A stretch of DNA of 64,000 nucleotides, taken from Octopus vulgaris (taxonomy: Eukaryota). Where the stretch lies: contig OX597823.1 of NCBI GenBank assembly GCA_951406725.2, positions 43,152,001 to 43,216,000 of the forward strand. The letters are read 5' to 3'. Below the pieces are notes generated by a model. The model did not search any database. It saw only the letters and a list, made by a program, of their open reading frames with translations, and was not told where the DNA came from. Below are positions 40,920-55,026 of the stretch, in pieces. The translations under genes were made by a program, and so were the position numbers. How positions within the stretch are numbered: position 1 is the first letter of the stretch; every line of letters begins with the position of its first letter.

Positions 40920-41140
40920 ATAACGGTTTTAAATTTTGGCACAAGGCCAGCAGTTTCAGAGCAGGAGGAAAGTTGGTTACAGAGACCTCACTGCTCAACT
41001 GGCATTTATTTTATCAACCACTAAAGGATGAAAGGCAAAATCAACGTCGACGAAATTTGAACTGAGAATGTAAAGACGGACGAAATGCAGTTAAGCATTT
41101 TTTCCGGCGTGTTACCGATTTTGCCATGCTTGCTGCCTTT
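40920..41140 (-). mobile_element. SINE family B variant, decayed
   Basis: Reverse complement of the family B head and body (aaaggatgaaaggcaaaatc, atttgaact). Confidence 0.75.
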
Positions 41141-41992
41141 CAAGAAACAGAAGAAATGCCGCTAAGAAACTTTGGTACGACGTACTGACGATTACTGCTA
41201 GCTTGCTGCCTTCCAACATTAGTACAGATAATATGCAAAGTTGTAAACATACCTTGTTAAAAACATGTTCACAGTTACATTCTTCTTGTTACATAGTTAA
41301 CATAGTCAATGACCTGCTGAAGACTGTATTTCCTTCAGTTGATTGCTCCTCAACATAGCAAATGTAAATATTATGCAACCACACATTACTGATCATAGAC
41401 CCGAATTATTTTCTCATTGTTTGGAGAAATATAACTCAGTTCCATTTGTTACTAATGAATCTAAATTTTGGGCTTCCACCGGAAGTATTAACGATAGATG
41501 TTCAGAATCATGGGAATATCACAGAGAACACCTAGAAATTAATAACATCCTTCAACGTAACTGATGAGGACCACCCGGGGGTCGATTTTGCCTTTCATTC
41601 CACCTATCAAATAGATAATCACTAATACACTAGAAGTTGATAGGACCGACTGTAAATTTGTAAGACATCAATATTCACTAGTTATTGGTACAGATATTGT
41701 TGTTGTTGTTGCTATTGTCATTTTTCTTGTTAACTTACGTAATCATTCTATAATGTATTTCAATAGAATTTTAAACCAGTACAATAAGCTTTGTCTATCG
41801 AATACTGAAGTTGATAATAAGATTTCTTTCCGGTTGTTTATACATGGAAATCAATACACCTAACTCCTCATTACTATTTCACAGAGAAGCTTATCACTCA
41901 GTCTTACATAACCAACGCATTTTATTCACAATTATTCATCTTCATGTAATACGATAGATAATGTGTGTAAGTGTGTTTGCTTATATTTGTAT

Positions 41993-42035
<43 letters not shown>

Positions 42036-44223
42036 TGTATGATTATGGTTGGTGATTACAATAAAAGGAACAACATGCCGAATTAGTTCAGCTTCCACTA
42101 CACTACCAGACATTGTTATCTAGATTTTTCTCTATTACGTCTATTCTCTCACATTCAGAAACTAAAGGTTGATGCATTCTTTAAAATTCAATGAAATAAT
42201 TGAGGCGGTGGAACAACGGAATACATGATTCTGGTCATTTAGTTAAGTCCCTTTATATTCTAAATTAAAGTGTCACTGGCTGTACCTTTTCATCAGTTCT
42301 GCACCGGTAATATAAATACAGCCATTTACTGGGGTCGATTCAGGCGGTTATATTTCTCTCCTTAACGTGCCTGGTATTTTGCCGCAGGAATTATCTAAGA
42401 ACTGTAATTCGAATTATTCTAAATCGAGTAAAGTGAAATTTTTACCACTTTACCTTTTCAAAAACTGGCATCCTTCCACAGAAACCTTTTCCAAATAGGC
42501 GATATGGTGAATGCATGAATTTTGCCGTATCAGCAGTAAAGATCAGATAAGCATTTGTTATTTTGTCAACAAAAAGCCAGATTTATAAAAGAAATAAATG
42601 TTGAGAGGAGAATTTTAAAAAAGGCCACCAGGAAGACACAAATTTTCTTGCCATGATAATGAGATTTCTTTTCGAGTATTTATATACGTTAATCAATATA
42701 ACTACTCCTAATTACCATTTCATGAAGAAACCTTGTATGGCCATATCGAATCGAATGTTTTGTATTCTCAATGGAATACAATGGCATTAAATTTGCTTCC
42801 ATTTAACTGGAATTTAGGATATATTTATTCCTATTAGAGATGATAACACGCTTCAGTCTGTCAAAGGATCTTTAAAACCCGGCTTAATACCTTGAAATAT
42901 ATTTCGTTTCTTATCTTCCTTTTTCATTTCTTTTCATCTTTTTTATTCGTGTTTTTGAAAACCTGTTTTTCTTTCCTCTGTTTCTGTTCCATTGTTGCAA
43001 ACCACGAGATTGCTTGGTGGATGTGGGAAACTTGATTTAATTTTAGATGCTCATATTTCTTAAAATCGACTAAGTTCTTCATAAAATCTTCACTTTTTCA
43101 TACTATAGCTAATATAAATATGAATACAGCTTATTTATTCATTTTTGTTTATCAGTGTCTCATTTTTTTTCCGTATATTTTCACCAAACTTCCACCCCGC
43201 GAATCGGCGATTCATTTTCTCTTTTACTATTCTTCCTATTCTAAACCAAACGAGAAAACAAGACAAGTTCGAGACCGCTTCACATGGTAAAAATAGAGCA
43301 ATAGAGCGGCAAACGAACACGGGATTCTTTCTCTCGTCTGAATTGTTATCTATTCCATTATTGCAACCTCGAGTAATAGATTAACATAAAAGAAGAAAAT
43401 AGCCTGACGCTAAAAGAGAGAAATGGTTCCCTTGTGTAGGTAAATGTAATGAATGCTTTGACAGCAGCGAAGACTATTTCTAACACAATGGTTACCCAAA
43501 TAAAATTACTTTCTAGTTGGCGAATGGAACGAATAGAAATGGAAGTTTAAAGTGGCACAGGAGAATTATTAGTACAGAACTAGAGAACATGGAACTGTAA
43601 ATTATCTTAAAGTACCTCGCGTTTAATTCTCTTTACGATATGTGGCTAATCTGAATATTTCCATTGGTAGATGTCGCTATAATTCAAACACTGTTCTAAA
43701 TTACTAACAGAAATATATGGATTCATACATAAATACACAAAAGGCATATTTTGTGTGCATACATTTGTGTTGCTGGATTTATCACAAATGCAGTGTAGTG
43801 TAAAGTGAGCGTATATGTTGCTGTTTAGCCCCAAGTGAGACATGATTCCATAGAGTTACGATCAAAAGCGTTCTCGTCGTCATTATCTCGTCTCTTCTCT
43901 CACAGACGTAGAATATTCAAAACTTCATTATCTAATGAGTCCTTTATTTTTTTTTTATGACGATAAGATAGAATTTGAAAGTGATTCTGTTGCTATTTGT
44001 AGCAGGTCATTAGTTGATTTGTATGGTCGTGTAGAGGTGTGTGTGTGTGTGTGTATGTGTGTGTACATGTGCGCGTGAGTGTGCTTTCGCGTGTGTGTGT
44101 GTAATGTTTGCGTATGTGTGCGACTAAGTGAGTGAGTGAGTCAGTCAGTCTGCAGTTAGTCGCTTGAGTTCAGCACGGAATACTTTAGTTTTTGTTTTTA
44201 CATTAAAATGTACTATAACAGTG

Positions 44224-44286
<63 letters not shown>

Positions 44287-44411
44287 TATATTCCATCCGC
44301 TTCTGCACGGCTCTACGTAGGCAGTTGCTTAACTTTCATAATCTAAGTAAGCTAGAAATAGATTATCCCAATGCTAAAAGGAAGGACAGAAGGTTGCCAA
44401 TTGCAGAGTAT

Positions 44412-45527
44412 ACCAGAGGGTACTCAAAAGTAACCGGAAACGTTATCTGCGGGCCAAGCCCATTTTAGTTCAGGTCTCCGTCACTTAATGCGACCCTTTG
44501 GGATCAGTCTGTCAAACGGCGTTGACGTGTGTAGTCCTACTGCCATGTAGTGCGTCTTTGCTTTGCAGTGCTTCTCCCTTGTTTGTCGATTTTTGCAATG
44601 GATGAAACGAAGGAACAACATGCTTCTGTGAAATTGTATTCTCTGCTGGAGAAAACAGCGACTGAAACAGTTGTCATGCTTCTAACAGCTTACAAAGAAG
44701 CTTCCATGAGCAAAACATAGGTTTACGAGTGGTTTTCACGCTTTAAGAATGGTCACTTATCGCTTGAAGAGCGATCGTCAACCTCCCGAACGAAAACACT
44801 ATGAATATTCATGAACTGATCTTGGAGAACTATTGCCGAACAATTCACGAGCTTGTGGATATGACAGGTGTATCCTGGAGCGTCTGCCATCGAATTTTGA
44901 GCGAGTAATTGCGATGAAAAGAACTGCAGCAAAATGTGTGCCTTGCTTGCTCACAGAAGATCAAAAGCAGTCACGACCGAATGCGTGTCGTGAACTGAAA
45001 GAATAGTTGGAAGAGGCGAGCTGGCAGAAACGATAGCACGTCGGGCGAAATGCTTAGCGGTATTTCGTCTGCCATTACGTTCTGAGTTCAAATTTCGCCG
45101 AGGTCGATTTACCTTTCGTGTTTCGGGGTTGATAACTTAAGTACCAGTTACGCAGTGGGGTCGATCTAATCGACTTAATCCCTTTGTCGGTCCTTGTTTG
45201 TCCCCTCTATGTTTATCCCCTTGTGGACAATAAAGAAATATGAAAGAATAGTTGGAAATTGATCCGGATTATTTTTTGAAGCTCACCACTGCTGACGAAA
45301 GCTGGTGCTACGAAATTTGCCGATGTGGCAGAGGTGAAGCCAAAGAACCAACGGAGGCGCTAAAAAGTATCATTTGCAAGAGTTCTAGCACTGCTTCGAG
45401 CAGTGGAAAACGCGTCTGAACAGAAGCCGATGGAAAATATTTTTAAAGGTGATAAAAGTGAAAACAGGTAAAACTAAATGAATAAAATAATATTACAAAA
45501 TTCCGGTTTCTTTTGGATACCCCCACG
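44412..45527 (+). mobile_element. Internally deleted mariner element interrupted by a SINE
   Basis: TIRs gagggtactcaaaagtaaccggaa / ttccggtttcttttggatacccc with TA ends; MDETKEQ..ETVVML..VYEWFSRFKNG HTH region, KCVPCLLTEDQK and TADESWCY. Confidence 0.88.
45013..45240 (+). mobile_element. Full SINE family B copy with 17-bp TSD
   Basis: TSD tgaaagaatagttggaa at 44996-45012 and 45241-45257. Confidence 0.93.
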
Positions 45528-47409
45528 TATACTTTTTCTGTTCATGTTAGGAATGTAAGCGAAATGAATACACCTAACCTTGATTGCGGATTAGATTAGG
45601 TTCAAATTGTTTGGTTCGCCAGGAAGTTAACTTGTATGCTATCACAAACTACAATCAATATATAGCACAAACATGTTTCGGTTCTTGTTTTAAGTGTCAT
45701 GTCAACTCTGACTGAGCTTGTCTATTATCAAAAGTATCGAATTATGACCATCTCAGCTTGTTTCAGACATTTTTCACCCTTGACAGCAATCGCCAATTTA
45801 TTTTCTCCATTATAAGGCAATAGATTAAGAACTGGGAGATTTGCCCATTATTTCTAGTAGGGTCTTGTGACAATATAGATGCTTTCTCGTTCGCTCATCT
45901 AACTTATTTCTAATATATAAGGTGAAAATATTCCATTATCAATTCTGCTTAAGTTCAACTTCCCAAACTGATCCCGACATTTTTCTTCATTTATTTCTGT
46001 CAAGATCAAATGATTAGAAATCGTCTTAGACAAACGCTGTCTCAGAAAAACACTGCCATAAAAATGCTATCGTATATTACACCCTTTCAACAACAATACC
46101 ATAGAAGAATTATGGGGTTGACAACTATTATATGCTGCAATATACTATTGTAACTCAAGTCAATGCTGTATTGGTAAAATCATTGGAGCATCAGGCAAAA
46201 TAATATGTGATGTATTTTCTGGCTGTGCATTCTGGGTTAAAGATCTGCCGAGGTCAACTTTGCCTTACGTTCTTCATCATCAACACTTTGACATTAGTAC
46301 ATGTCTCGAGCCATAGAAATCGTACAGCTAGTTACTCGATTTTTATTGTGGATAAATGACTGAGATCTCAATATCGGCATTGAATGTGACGCTAGTCCGT
46401 CACAGGTTTACTTGTTTACAGCTGAGTGGACCGATGCAACAGCAGTACTTTGCTCAACAACAAAATGCACCACCAGATCTCGATCCGGGAAATAAAGCCA
46501 TGATCTCGCAATATAGAGTGACTACACCACCCTTCCAGCTAGGCCATGGGTCTTCCATTTCATCATTTCGAGATCGATAAAAAATGTAACAGGTAAAAAC
46601 TGGGGTCTATGTAACTGACAAACCCACTTCCCTCTAAATTACTGGTGTTGTGCCTCAATGAAAACGAATACATTATTACTGTCTGCAACAAGCGCTATAA
46701 ACCATGAGATAATTACGTATGGAGCAGATTTCGATACCACTTATAAGAAAATCTATACAGTTCCATAACTATCTTCTCTTCTTGTTCTATTTAAACTATA
46801 GTCATTCGAAGAATTTCACTATTACTTTGGTCCGTAGTAACTCTCAGAGCTCAAACGTCATAACGAAACTACTTTTTTCATAGATGCCTTTAACATGTCA
46901 AACTAAAGTGAAATGGTCAAGTGTTTGAAATAACAGACCAGCAATCCCATGAGTCATAAGTTCCATTCCACTGCATTGGTTCGCTATATTTTAGTATCTG
47001 TCACTTCATGTTATTTTATACATATAGAAATCCGCGTTGAAGCTGATCTTATTGATTCTTTGTGCTTTCGTGAATTTAATCTTATTTTAACCACAAGAAC
47101 ACAGAGCTGAAACATATATGATTTCCCAAGACACCAAGCAAGAAATAATGCACGCATTTCTTATTGTGTGGAAGACTCTAGTCTAAAGTAACTTAGAAAT
47201 AATCGAACGTAACCACGTCAGTAAATAGGGTCCTATGTTTCAAATGTCATCAGGCCCAGAGACACAATGTAGGTAAAAAGTAAAATAAGTTCAATGTTAA
47301 CAAACCCAAGAATTTTCAGTTAATAAAATTACACCCATAGTAAGGAAAAATATATATCATGTAAGCTGTACCCATGGAAAGGATACAAGTTCGTTGATAA
47401 TTTATATAG

Positions 47410-47905
47410 AATCATGAAATATTGATTAGGATTCTCACTGCTCTGCGTACACTTAATGAATTATTACCGGCTTGGTAGACATCAGCACACATCAGCAGGT
47501 AATGTTCAGGTTTCGGTAAACAAGAGCCAGTAATATTGTTCAAATTCATTAATCAAGGGTGGTTTTTACTGAGGAGACACATATGCAGCCGAAACAACAT
47601 CAATGAATCGCGTGTTTTGAATGCACATTGTCTAAACGGAGATGTTCAGCAATAAAGAGATACAATAGCAATCATAATTGCTATTGTATTCACTTTCAAT
47701 TCGACACGGGCGTATTGAGAATCAATAGATATGTTACTGGTTATAGTCTCGCTATTCTGTGTGCCCCTCATTAATTATTACCCGGTTGATAGACATCAGT
47801 ATAGATAAGTAAACAATTATTTGTTGATTTCTATAAACAAAAGCCTATACTTTTGTTAGGTTCCTTGGCGTGAGATAGCTCTGACTGAAGAGACACATAA
47901 TAAGG
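47410..47905 (+). repeat. Tandem ~316-bp units, each with a hammerhead-like core; the second unit resumes at 49473-49585 after the LTR element
   Basis: ttattacc-gg-t-g-tagacatcag at 47461 and ~47776; ctgaggagacacata at 47569 vs ctgaagagacacata at 47885; 47604-47675 aligns with 49509-49580. Confidence 0.65.
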
Positions 47906-49472
47906 TTTTATATCGAGGTTTCTGGATATGTCACCTTAATGTCCTACTCTAATACAACCTGGTGTATAGTAAGTACCACGGAACGGGGTAGACACCAACT
48001 GTCTCCATTTAATGTATTCCTATATACTCTGCTAACAATTATAATCAATCCCAAATAACTCTCAACGAACTATAACAACCCTCTCCTGCGAGTCCACGAC
48101 CACTCGAACGACACCTTTCGACTTCCTGCGATTTCTCATCTCTCGCTCTAAGTCAAACACGCTGCTACTTATACGAGTTCGGTTAGTCCATTCTCATAGG
48201 GGATGTCATATTTCTCACCATAAAATTTCCCCCTTTGAGATTTGGCTTCTGTATCGGAAGTACAACTTGTTTATTTCATTTTATTGCATTTTTTCATCAT
48301 CGCTTCTCCCTTTTTTGAAATCTTAATTTCCCCAAAGGTTTTAATAATTCTTTCGCTTGGGGACTATTTCTAGTCGTTCTGCTTTTTTACGTTTTCTATT
48401 GCTGATCCGTCCAGTTTCAACCTCTTTTGGCGTTGGAATATCGAACAAATCATAACCAACGTACTCCGAAAATCTTCCATCGGCATTTCTTTTCTTTCTT
48501 CGGTATGTATAGTCTTCAACTGATTCAAATGTTCTTTGTGCAGCCCTATTTAGTCTTCTATTATATACATGATGCTGCCTATTTTTTTCGTCACTATACC
48601 GTCCTCATAACCTTGTCTTCCATTTTTAATTTTTATATATTTGAAATGATCTTTATCTCCTACATGCACTGTTGTGCTTGTTGGGTTTTCCCTAGTTATT
48701 TTTGTAGGTAACAATTTGTCACAAATTGAATTTATCTTCTGTGCAAATGTTAGCTCTGAAGGCGACTTGCCTGAACAAGTGTTAGTGTCCACTAAAATGT
48801 GTCTACGATCCTATCTGCTTGTCCATTTGATTTCAAGTAGTACGGGAGAATAGAAATGTGATTCATTACATACCTCTCACAGAAAATCCTATATTCGCAC
48901 CCCGAAAATTGCGAATGTCATAACTGAATCTGGCGAAAACGAACTTAGAGTGTTTTCCAACTTCAACATCAGTTCCAGTGAGTGTGTTGTAGTTGTTGCA
49001 ACAACATGCAGCAACTCCTGTTGCTGCTGTTGCTGTTGGTTTTGCCACTGAAATAGGTCACCTAATAGGCCTTCCATAATTAACTAATTTTTTGTATCAT
49101 AACAATTGTTACTGACCAACGTAAACTCCGAATCAACTCATCGCCACTTTTATAACGTGATTTCTGCATATGTCACCTTAGTATCGTGCACTAATACAGT
49201 GTGATATATAGTACCACAGAACGGAGTAGACACCAACTGTCTCCACTTGATGCATAACCCAAATACTCTGCCAACAACTGTAACCAATCCAAAACAACTC
49301 TCAACAAACTATAACAACTTCTCAACAATTTCCTGCGATTCCTCCAACTGACGAACGACACCATTGGACTTCTTGCGATTTCTCATCTCTCACTCTCACT
49401 CAAACACGCTGCTGCTTATACGGGCTCGGCTAGTCCGTTTTCACATGGGGCGTCATGATTCTCACCATAACA
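47906..49472 (-). mobile_element. Internally deleted Ty3/gypsy (Mag-like) LTR retrotransposon
   Basis: LTRs 47906-48225 and 49148-49472; TAAGG TSD at 47901-47905 and 49473-49477; PBS TGGCGATGAG (tRNA-Ser-like); PPT AAAGGGGGAAA; gag-like start (48889-49077) and integrase-tail motif GKSPSELTFAQKI. Confidence 0.9.
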
Positions 49473-49727
49473 TAAGGTTCAAATACCGCTGTGCCTCACC
49501 TTACATGAATGAATTGTGTGTTATAAACACATATCGTCTAAATGAAGATATCCTTCAATGAAGAAAATCAATAGCGATCAGATATTCGAGTTCGGATGTA
49601 CCAGAACGTATGAGAAGGAATAGATATTGTTCGGATTATCGCTGTATTTTTTCTGACATGTTTGACTTTCAAAATCATATGAAGTTTCTATAGGTAGAAC
49701 TGAATGTAAGATCTTACCTTTTATAAT

Positions 49728-50120
49728 TTGTCTTTTACTTGTTTTTGTCTTTTACTTATACTTTTAAACTGCAGCAATACTGGGGCACCGCCTTTAAGAA
49801 ATTTAATCGAATGAAGTGACCTCAGTACTTCTATAATTTTTTAAAAAACTTAGTACTTATTATGTCATACAATTTTGCCTAACTGCTAAGATACGGGTTA
49901 ATAAACAAACTAATACCAGCTATCAAGCGGTGGTTGGGACAAATACACACACACTCACAACGGATTTCTTCGAGTTTCCGTCTATTAAATTCACTCGCAA
50001 ATTCTTGGTCGGTCCGAGGCTATAGCAGAAGTCACTTGACCGGTTTTCCAGTCAGTATAACTGAACTCGGAACCATATGGCTGAAATGCACGCTTCTTAC
50101 CATACAATCACGGTTACGCC
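49728..50120 (-). mobile_element. SINE family A, decayed
   Basis: Reverse complement of family A (tcttttacttgttt, ggtcggtccgaggctatagcagaag). Confidence 0.75.
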
Positions 50121-51349
50121 TATCTTAAGAGAGAATATTTTTGAAAAGAACTTTTGTTTATATTAGATACGATTTTCTTATCGTCTCAAGAACTCCCTCT
50201 AGAAAGACTTCGGTAAATTGCCCATCTGTAATTAGAGATTCACAAAGACTGGTTCCATGTTTCTCCCAGGGATTTCTTTCCATTTACTGAAAATGATAGA
50301 TGTAGTAGAAGGATGTTCCTCTCTACAAAAAGCAATTTGACATCAGAACATTCTCTGCACAGTACTGTCTCGAGTTCCAGGACCCACAGAGCCGGCTATT
50401 CGATTTCTTTATCCTATAAGTGACCAAGATATCAACGGTTCCCAGGACGGGACGCCTGTCTATCTGTTTGTCGCAGGGTTACTCGTTTGGAGTTGAGGGG
50501 ATTAGGACAACGTGAAATGAAATATTTTACTCCAAAACATAACTCACCGTCCAACCCGGGAAACGAAACCACAGCCTTGCGGATCGTAAGTGCAACTTCT
50601 AACCACTAGGCTACACGCCTTCAGTTGTCATTACTAGCAAAATGTTTAATCCTGAACGTTATCTTATCTATACTTTTATTCTGCTATTCTATGATTATAT
50701 TAATAACTCTTGGGCATAGCTTAATACCCCATGATACATCCTTATTTGCGTTTCAGAGAAAATTCTTAGAGTAGGTGGGTTAAAGCGACTTTCTAACTAC
50801 TTTTCAATAATTAATTTTAAATGTTTATTTCCTTCTGATTTGTCTTCGGAATTACAAAAATCGTATAGATATCGTATCTATTCATACAATATGGCTTCGG
50901 TTTGTTTCCATATTTTATCAACTAATTGTCTTAACGAATTGAGTTAATTTTATATCTATTACAAATTATAAGTATTGCATACGCAAAACATAATAGAATA
51001 ATATAGATTAATTTTTATTAATTAAGATTTCGGAATTGTTTCTCCAGCATTTATTGAGCAAAATTGTTCATTAATCTAATCATGCTCTGTCGTCAACACT
51101 TACAATTTTTAATTTTTTACTACATTAAATTTATTTGCAATGATCAGTCGTGGGCAGTGGATTAGAATGTTGGACAAAATGTTTGATGCATTTGGTCCTG
51201 CTCGTTACGTTCGGCAAACTTGATGGTAATCAGCGAACATGATATCCTTTACAAGATACTTTAAAGAAGGCAAGAAGAAAACAACTTTGAACTTTCTATC
51301 GAAGCACTTCTGAAACACTTTATTTAGCAGATAAATTAGCAAGGATGCA

Positions 51350-51657
51350 GACGCAGGGAATAGCTTTATGGTTAGGAAGCTCACTTTGTAACTATGTGGT
51401 TTCTGACTCAGCTCCACTGCGCCACACTATATTCAAGAGCTTTCTATTATAGACCCAGGGCTACCAATTTGGTAGATTTGGTAGATCTAAACTGTGTGAA
51501 AACCTGCCGTGTCGACCGATAGTGGTTCCTTTACGTCCCCGTAACTTAACGGTTCGGCAAAGAAGGCCGATAGAATAAATAGCAAATTCACGATGTAAAG
51601 AATTCTTCAAGGTGATGCTCCAGCGTGGTCGCTGTCCAGTGAATGTAACAAGTAAAA
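51350..51657 (+). mobile_element. SINE family A, decayed
   Basis: tttacgtccccgtaacttaacggttcggcaaa and aacaagtaaaa tail. Confidence 0.75.
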
Positions 51658-52129
51658 TGTGAAAGGCACTTTCATTTGCATGATGGCAAACGAAGAAAAC
51701 TAACAGAAAGGACGGGAGCACGATATTCGCAAGCTTTTCGAAGCTGGTGAATTTGACACCACCGGTATTCATTCTAAGCCCCCGAAAACCAACAGATGCA
51801 GGAAACATTTGGCAGATAGTTGACAATCTTTAAAAGAAGATTTGGAAAGATTAATTACGCTATGAAAGATGAGAAACACAACAGGGGTCAAAACTACTTA
51901 TTATGTCGAGCGTCACAAATCATTATTTTAATAAAACCTTGTATTTTTACTTCGAATCATGCCAGTGAAAATGAACAAAAGACCTGTAGCGGAGCATTCT
52001 GTTGAAATTTGCCATTAATATGCTTTGCTTTAGTTGAACATCATATGAGGAAAAATGATACTTTACTCCTCTTGTAAGAGTGATATTTTACATTTATTAT
52101 TATTAAAGAAATCAATATAATAAAAGAAA

Positions 52130-52465
<336 letters not shown>

Positions 52466-54290
52466 TTCTTTTGGCTTCTATTCTAACATTTTTCTTCCAT
52501 TCCTTTTCGGTTCTTCCAGGTTCCCGTTTGCTTTTTGTTCTTAATTGAAGTCTTGTTATTCAAGGTTTTTCATTTTTTAATTATTTTTTTTTCATGAAGT
52601 CTTGATTATGATCATGATGATCATAATTATCATCATTACCGTCATAATTATCATTTTCATTGTCTTCGTCACTATCATCATAGTCATCATCAACGTCATC
52701 CCCTTTTCCTTCCTTTCGTTTGTTTTCGATTTCTTTTCCTTCTGCTGGTTCATGTCTTCCTTTCTCTTCGTCTTCCTTTACTACTACTGCTACCACTACA
52801 GCTACTACTGCTTTATTCATTCCCACACTGCCTTTTTCTTTTTCTCTTTCTCAAGCTTTTGTTTTTCATCATCTTTTGTAGTGGTTCCACAACGTTTACT
52901 CCCCACCGTCTTCTATCTTTTTACGCCTTTTTCAACCTGGATGACTCCTTCATTAGTATATCTCTCTCAAAATAGAGTTCCTTATGCATTTTCTTCTTCT
53001 CCTCCACCACTTCTTCTTTTTCTCCTTCTTCCTCCTTCTTTTCCTCCTCCTCCTTTCCCACCTCCTTTTCCTCCTCCTAATTATTCATCATATCAACCTC
53101 TTCTTCTTCTTCTTCTTCTTCTTCTTCTTCTTCTTCTTCTCCACCTTCTTTTTCTTCTTCTCCTTTTTTCTCATCATCATCAGCAGCAGAAATAACATCT
53201 ACTTCTTCAAAATCTTGCTTCTTCTTTTTCCATCCATTTCCTCTCCCTTTCTCTTTTTTTTTCTCCTTGAAACCCCGTATACACCTTTTTTTTTACTGTC
53301 TCTTATATCCTAAGATATAGGCCATTACAAATGTGTCTTCATATTAATTCCTCAGGTTCTTTGTTCTTCTCTTTTTAAATCTACATTCTTCAAAATACCA
53401 AATGAGTTGATAATATTACTGAAACAAGCATCATTCTACCAAACTATACTTATCTTTACCTTATTATATGTCGGCACAGTGTTCGACGACAAATCACACG
53501 TGACATTACCCACAATCCTTTGATGTTGTTCTGCTCGGAGATCTCTGTAGATTATTCATTGGAATTTTTAAAGCGGTCGATATTATGGTATAATATGCAA
53601 AGGAAATCGCGTCCAGATATTAACTCGACGATTTAGATTCATAAAGACAGTTTTATATCTCATAACAGACACATTAAACAAATTATTATTGCTATTGTTG
53701 CGAATGTGGATGGTGGAATCACTCGAGTGTCAGACAAATTGCATTGCGGAATATAACCATGTCTCTTTACCTTCCCAGTTCAAACCCGGAGACGCCGGCT
53801 TTTATCTTTCATCCTTCCGAGGTCAATAACAATAAGGACCAGTTTAAGTACAGAGTGAAGTCAATAAAATCCATTACATATTCCCTCGCGCGCGCACGCA
53901 TTCAACATTTGCGGTCATGTACTAATGTCTTTAAAACGTTATTGTTAGTTTTGTTTCCCTTCAGCTGACGCCTTAATAGCTTAGTGACTAGGTTATGCGG
54001 CGAACGAGCGTAAGGTCATGAGTTCCCAGTTGCGCGTTGATGCTTCGAACAAAACACTTTATTTCTCGTATCCATTCAGTCGTCTCAGCAGGTAAAAATG
54101 AGTTGTGCTTGTAATTTTAAAAGACAGCTTTCTCACTTCATGTGTCTCGCTACATTCCCAAGAGAACTACGTTAACATTACGCGTCCCTGAAGCGCCAAA
54201 GCACTTGCATGATAACTTCATGAGTTGGTTCTTTGTTTGGTCGAATCAGCTGGAACACTCACCGTCTTAACTGCAAGACAGCCAGGTTTA

Positions 54291-54335
<45 letters not shown>

Positions 54336-54336
<1 letters not shown>

Positions 54337-54550
54337 GGCGTAAAGCTGGCAGAATCGTTGGCACGCTGGACGAAATGCTAAGCAGTATTTCACTCCTCGC
54401 TACGTTCTGAGGTTGAGTTCCGCGAAGTACGACTGTAACTTTCATCCTTTCGGGGTCGGTGAAATAAGTACCAAGGAAACACTGGGGTCGATGTAATCGA
54501 CAACTCCCCTCCCGCAAAATTAAATGCCTTGTTCTTTTAGTAGAAAGGAT
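54336..54550 (+). mobile_element. SINE family B variant with a different tail
   Basis: ggcgtaaagctggcagaatcgtt head, ctttcatcctttcggggtcg body, tagaaaggat tail. Confidence 0.8.
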
Positions 54551-54724
54551 TCGAAGATCGCTCATAAATGTAATTGAAAGAGTACGTCAATATAACAGCA
54601 TTTAATATAAAACCAATATCACGGGTGGCAAAACTGTTCAACACTGAAAGAAGCATGGAAGAATGCTTGTGGGTATATATATATATATCTGTAAAAATAA
54701 TATGTGACAATTACTCGGTAGCCA

Positions 54725-54787
54725 AGATAAAACTCTGCGTTTCGGATGCCGAGGTGGAAATCCATACCACCATCTCTTCAGTTATCT
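54725..54787 (-). ncRNA. Type I hammerhead ribozyme
   Basis: Minus strand: AGATAA-CTGAAGA-GATG..CATC-C-GAAA-CGCAGAG-TT-TTATCT; 6-bp stem I, GUU triplet. Confidence 0.72.
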
Positions 54788-54795
54788 GGCCATCT

Positions 54796-54852
54796 CTGAA
54801 GAGATGGTGGTATAGATTTCCACCTCGACATCCGAAACTCAGAGTTTTATCT
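54796..54852 (+). ncRNA. Hammerhead core lacking the 5' strand of stem I
   Basis: CTGAAGA-GATG..CATC-C-GAAA-CTCAGAG-TT-TTATCT; the arm begins exactly at C3. Confidence 0.6.
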
Positions 54853-54949
54853 TGGCTACCGAGTAATTGTCACATATTTTTACAGATAAATTCCTCTATT
54901 TACATAATATTGAGGTCTCTTTCTTTCTTTTGTTATCTTACCGTTTTTA

Positions 54950-55022
<73 letters not shown>

Positions 55023-55026
<4 letters not shown>

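Larger units (their letters stand above)
54686..54951. mobile_element. Fold-back pLTR-type element (arms 54686-54781 and 54796-54888) with hammerheads on both strands
   Basis: Near-perfect inverted arms with a 14-nt spacer; flanked by (TA)n on both sides. Confidence 0.85.

Noticed and set aside
41343-41564. 73-aa ORF after a pyrimidine-AG site as a host exon
   Set aside because: No recognisable homology or partner exons.
41561-41590. CTGATGA-G-GACC..GGTC hammerhead-like start
   Set aside because: Followed by GATT rather than GAAA, and the 3' half belongs to a SINE B fragment.
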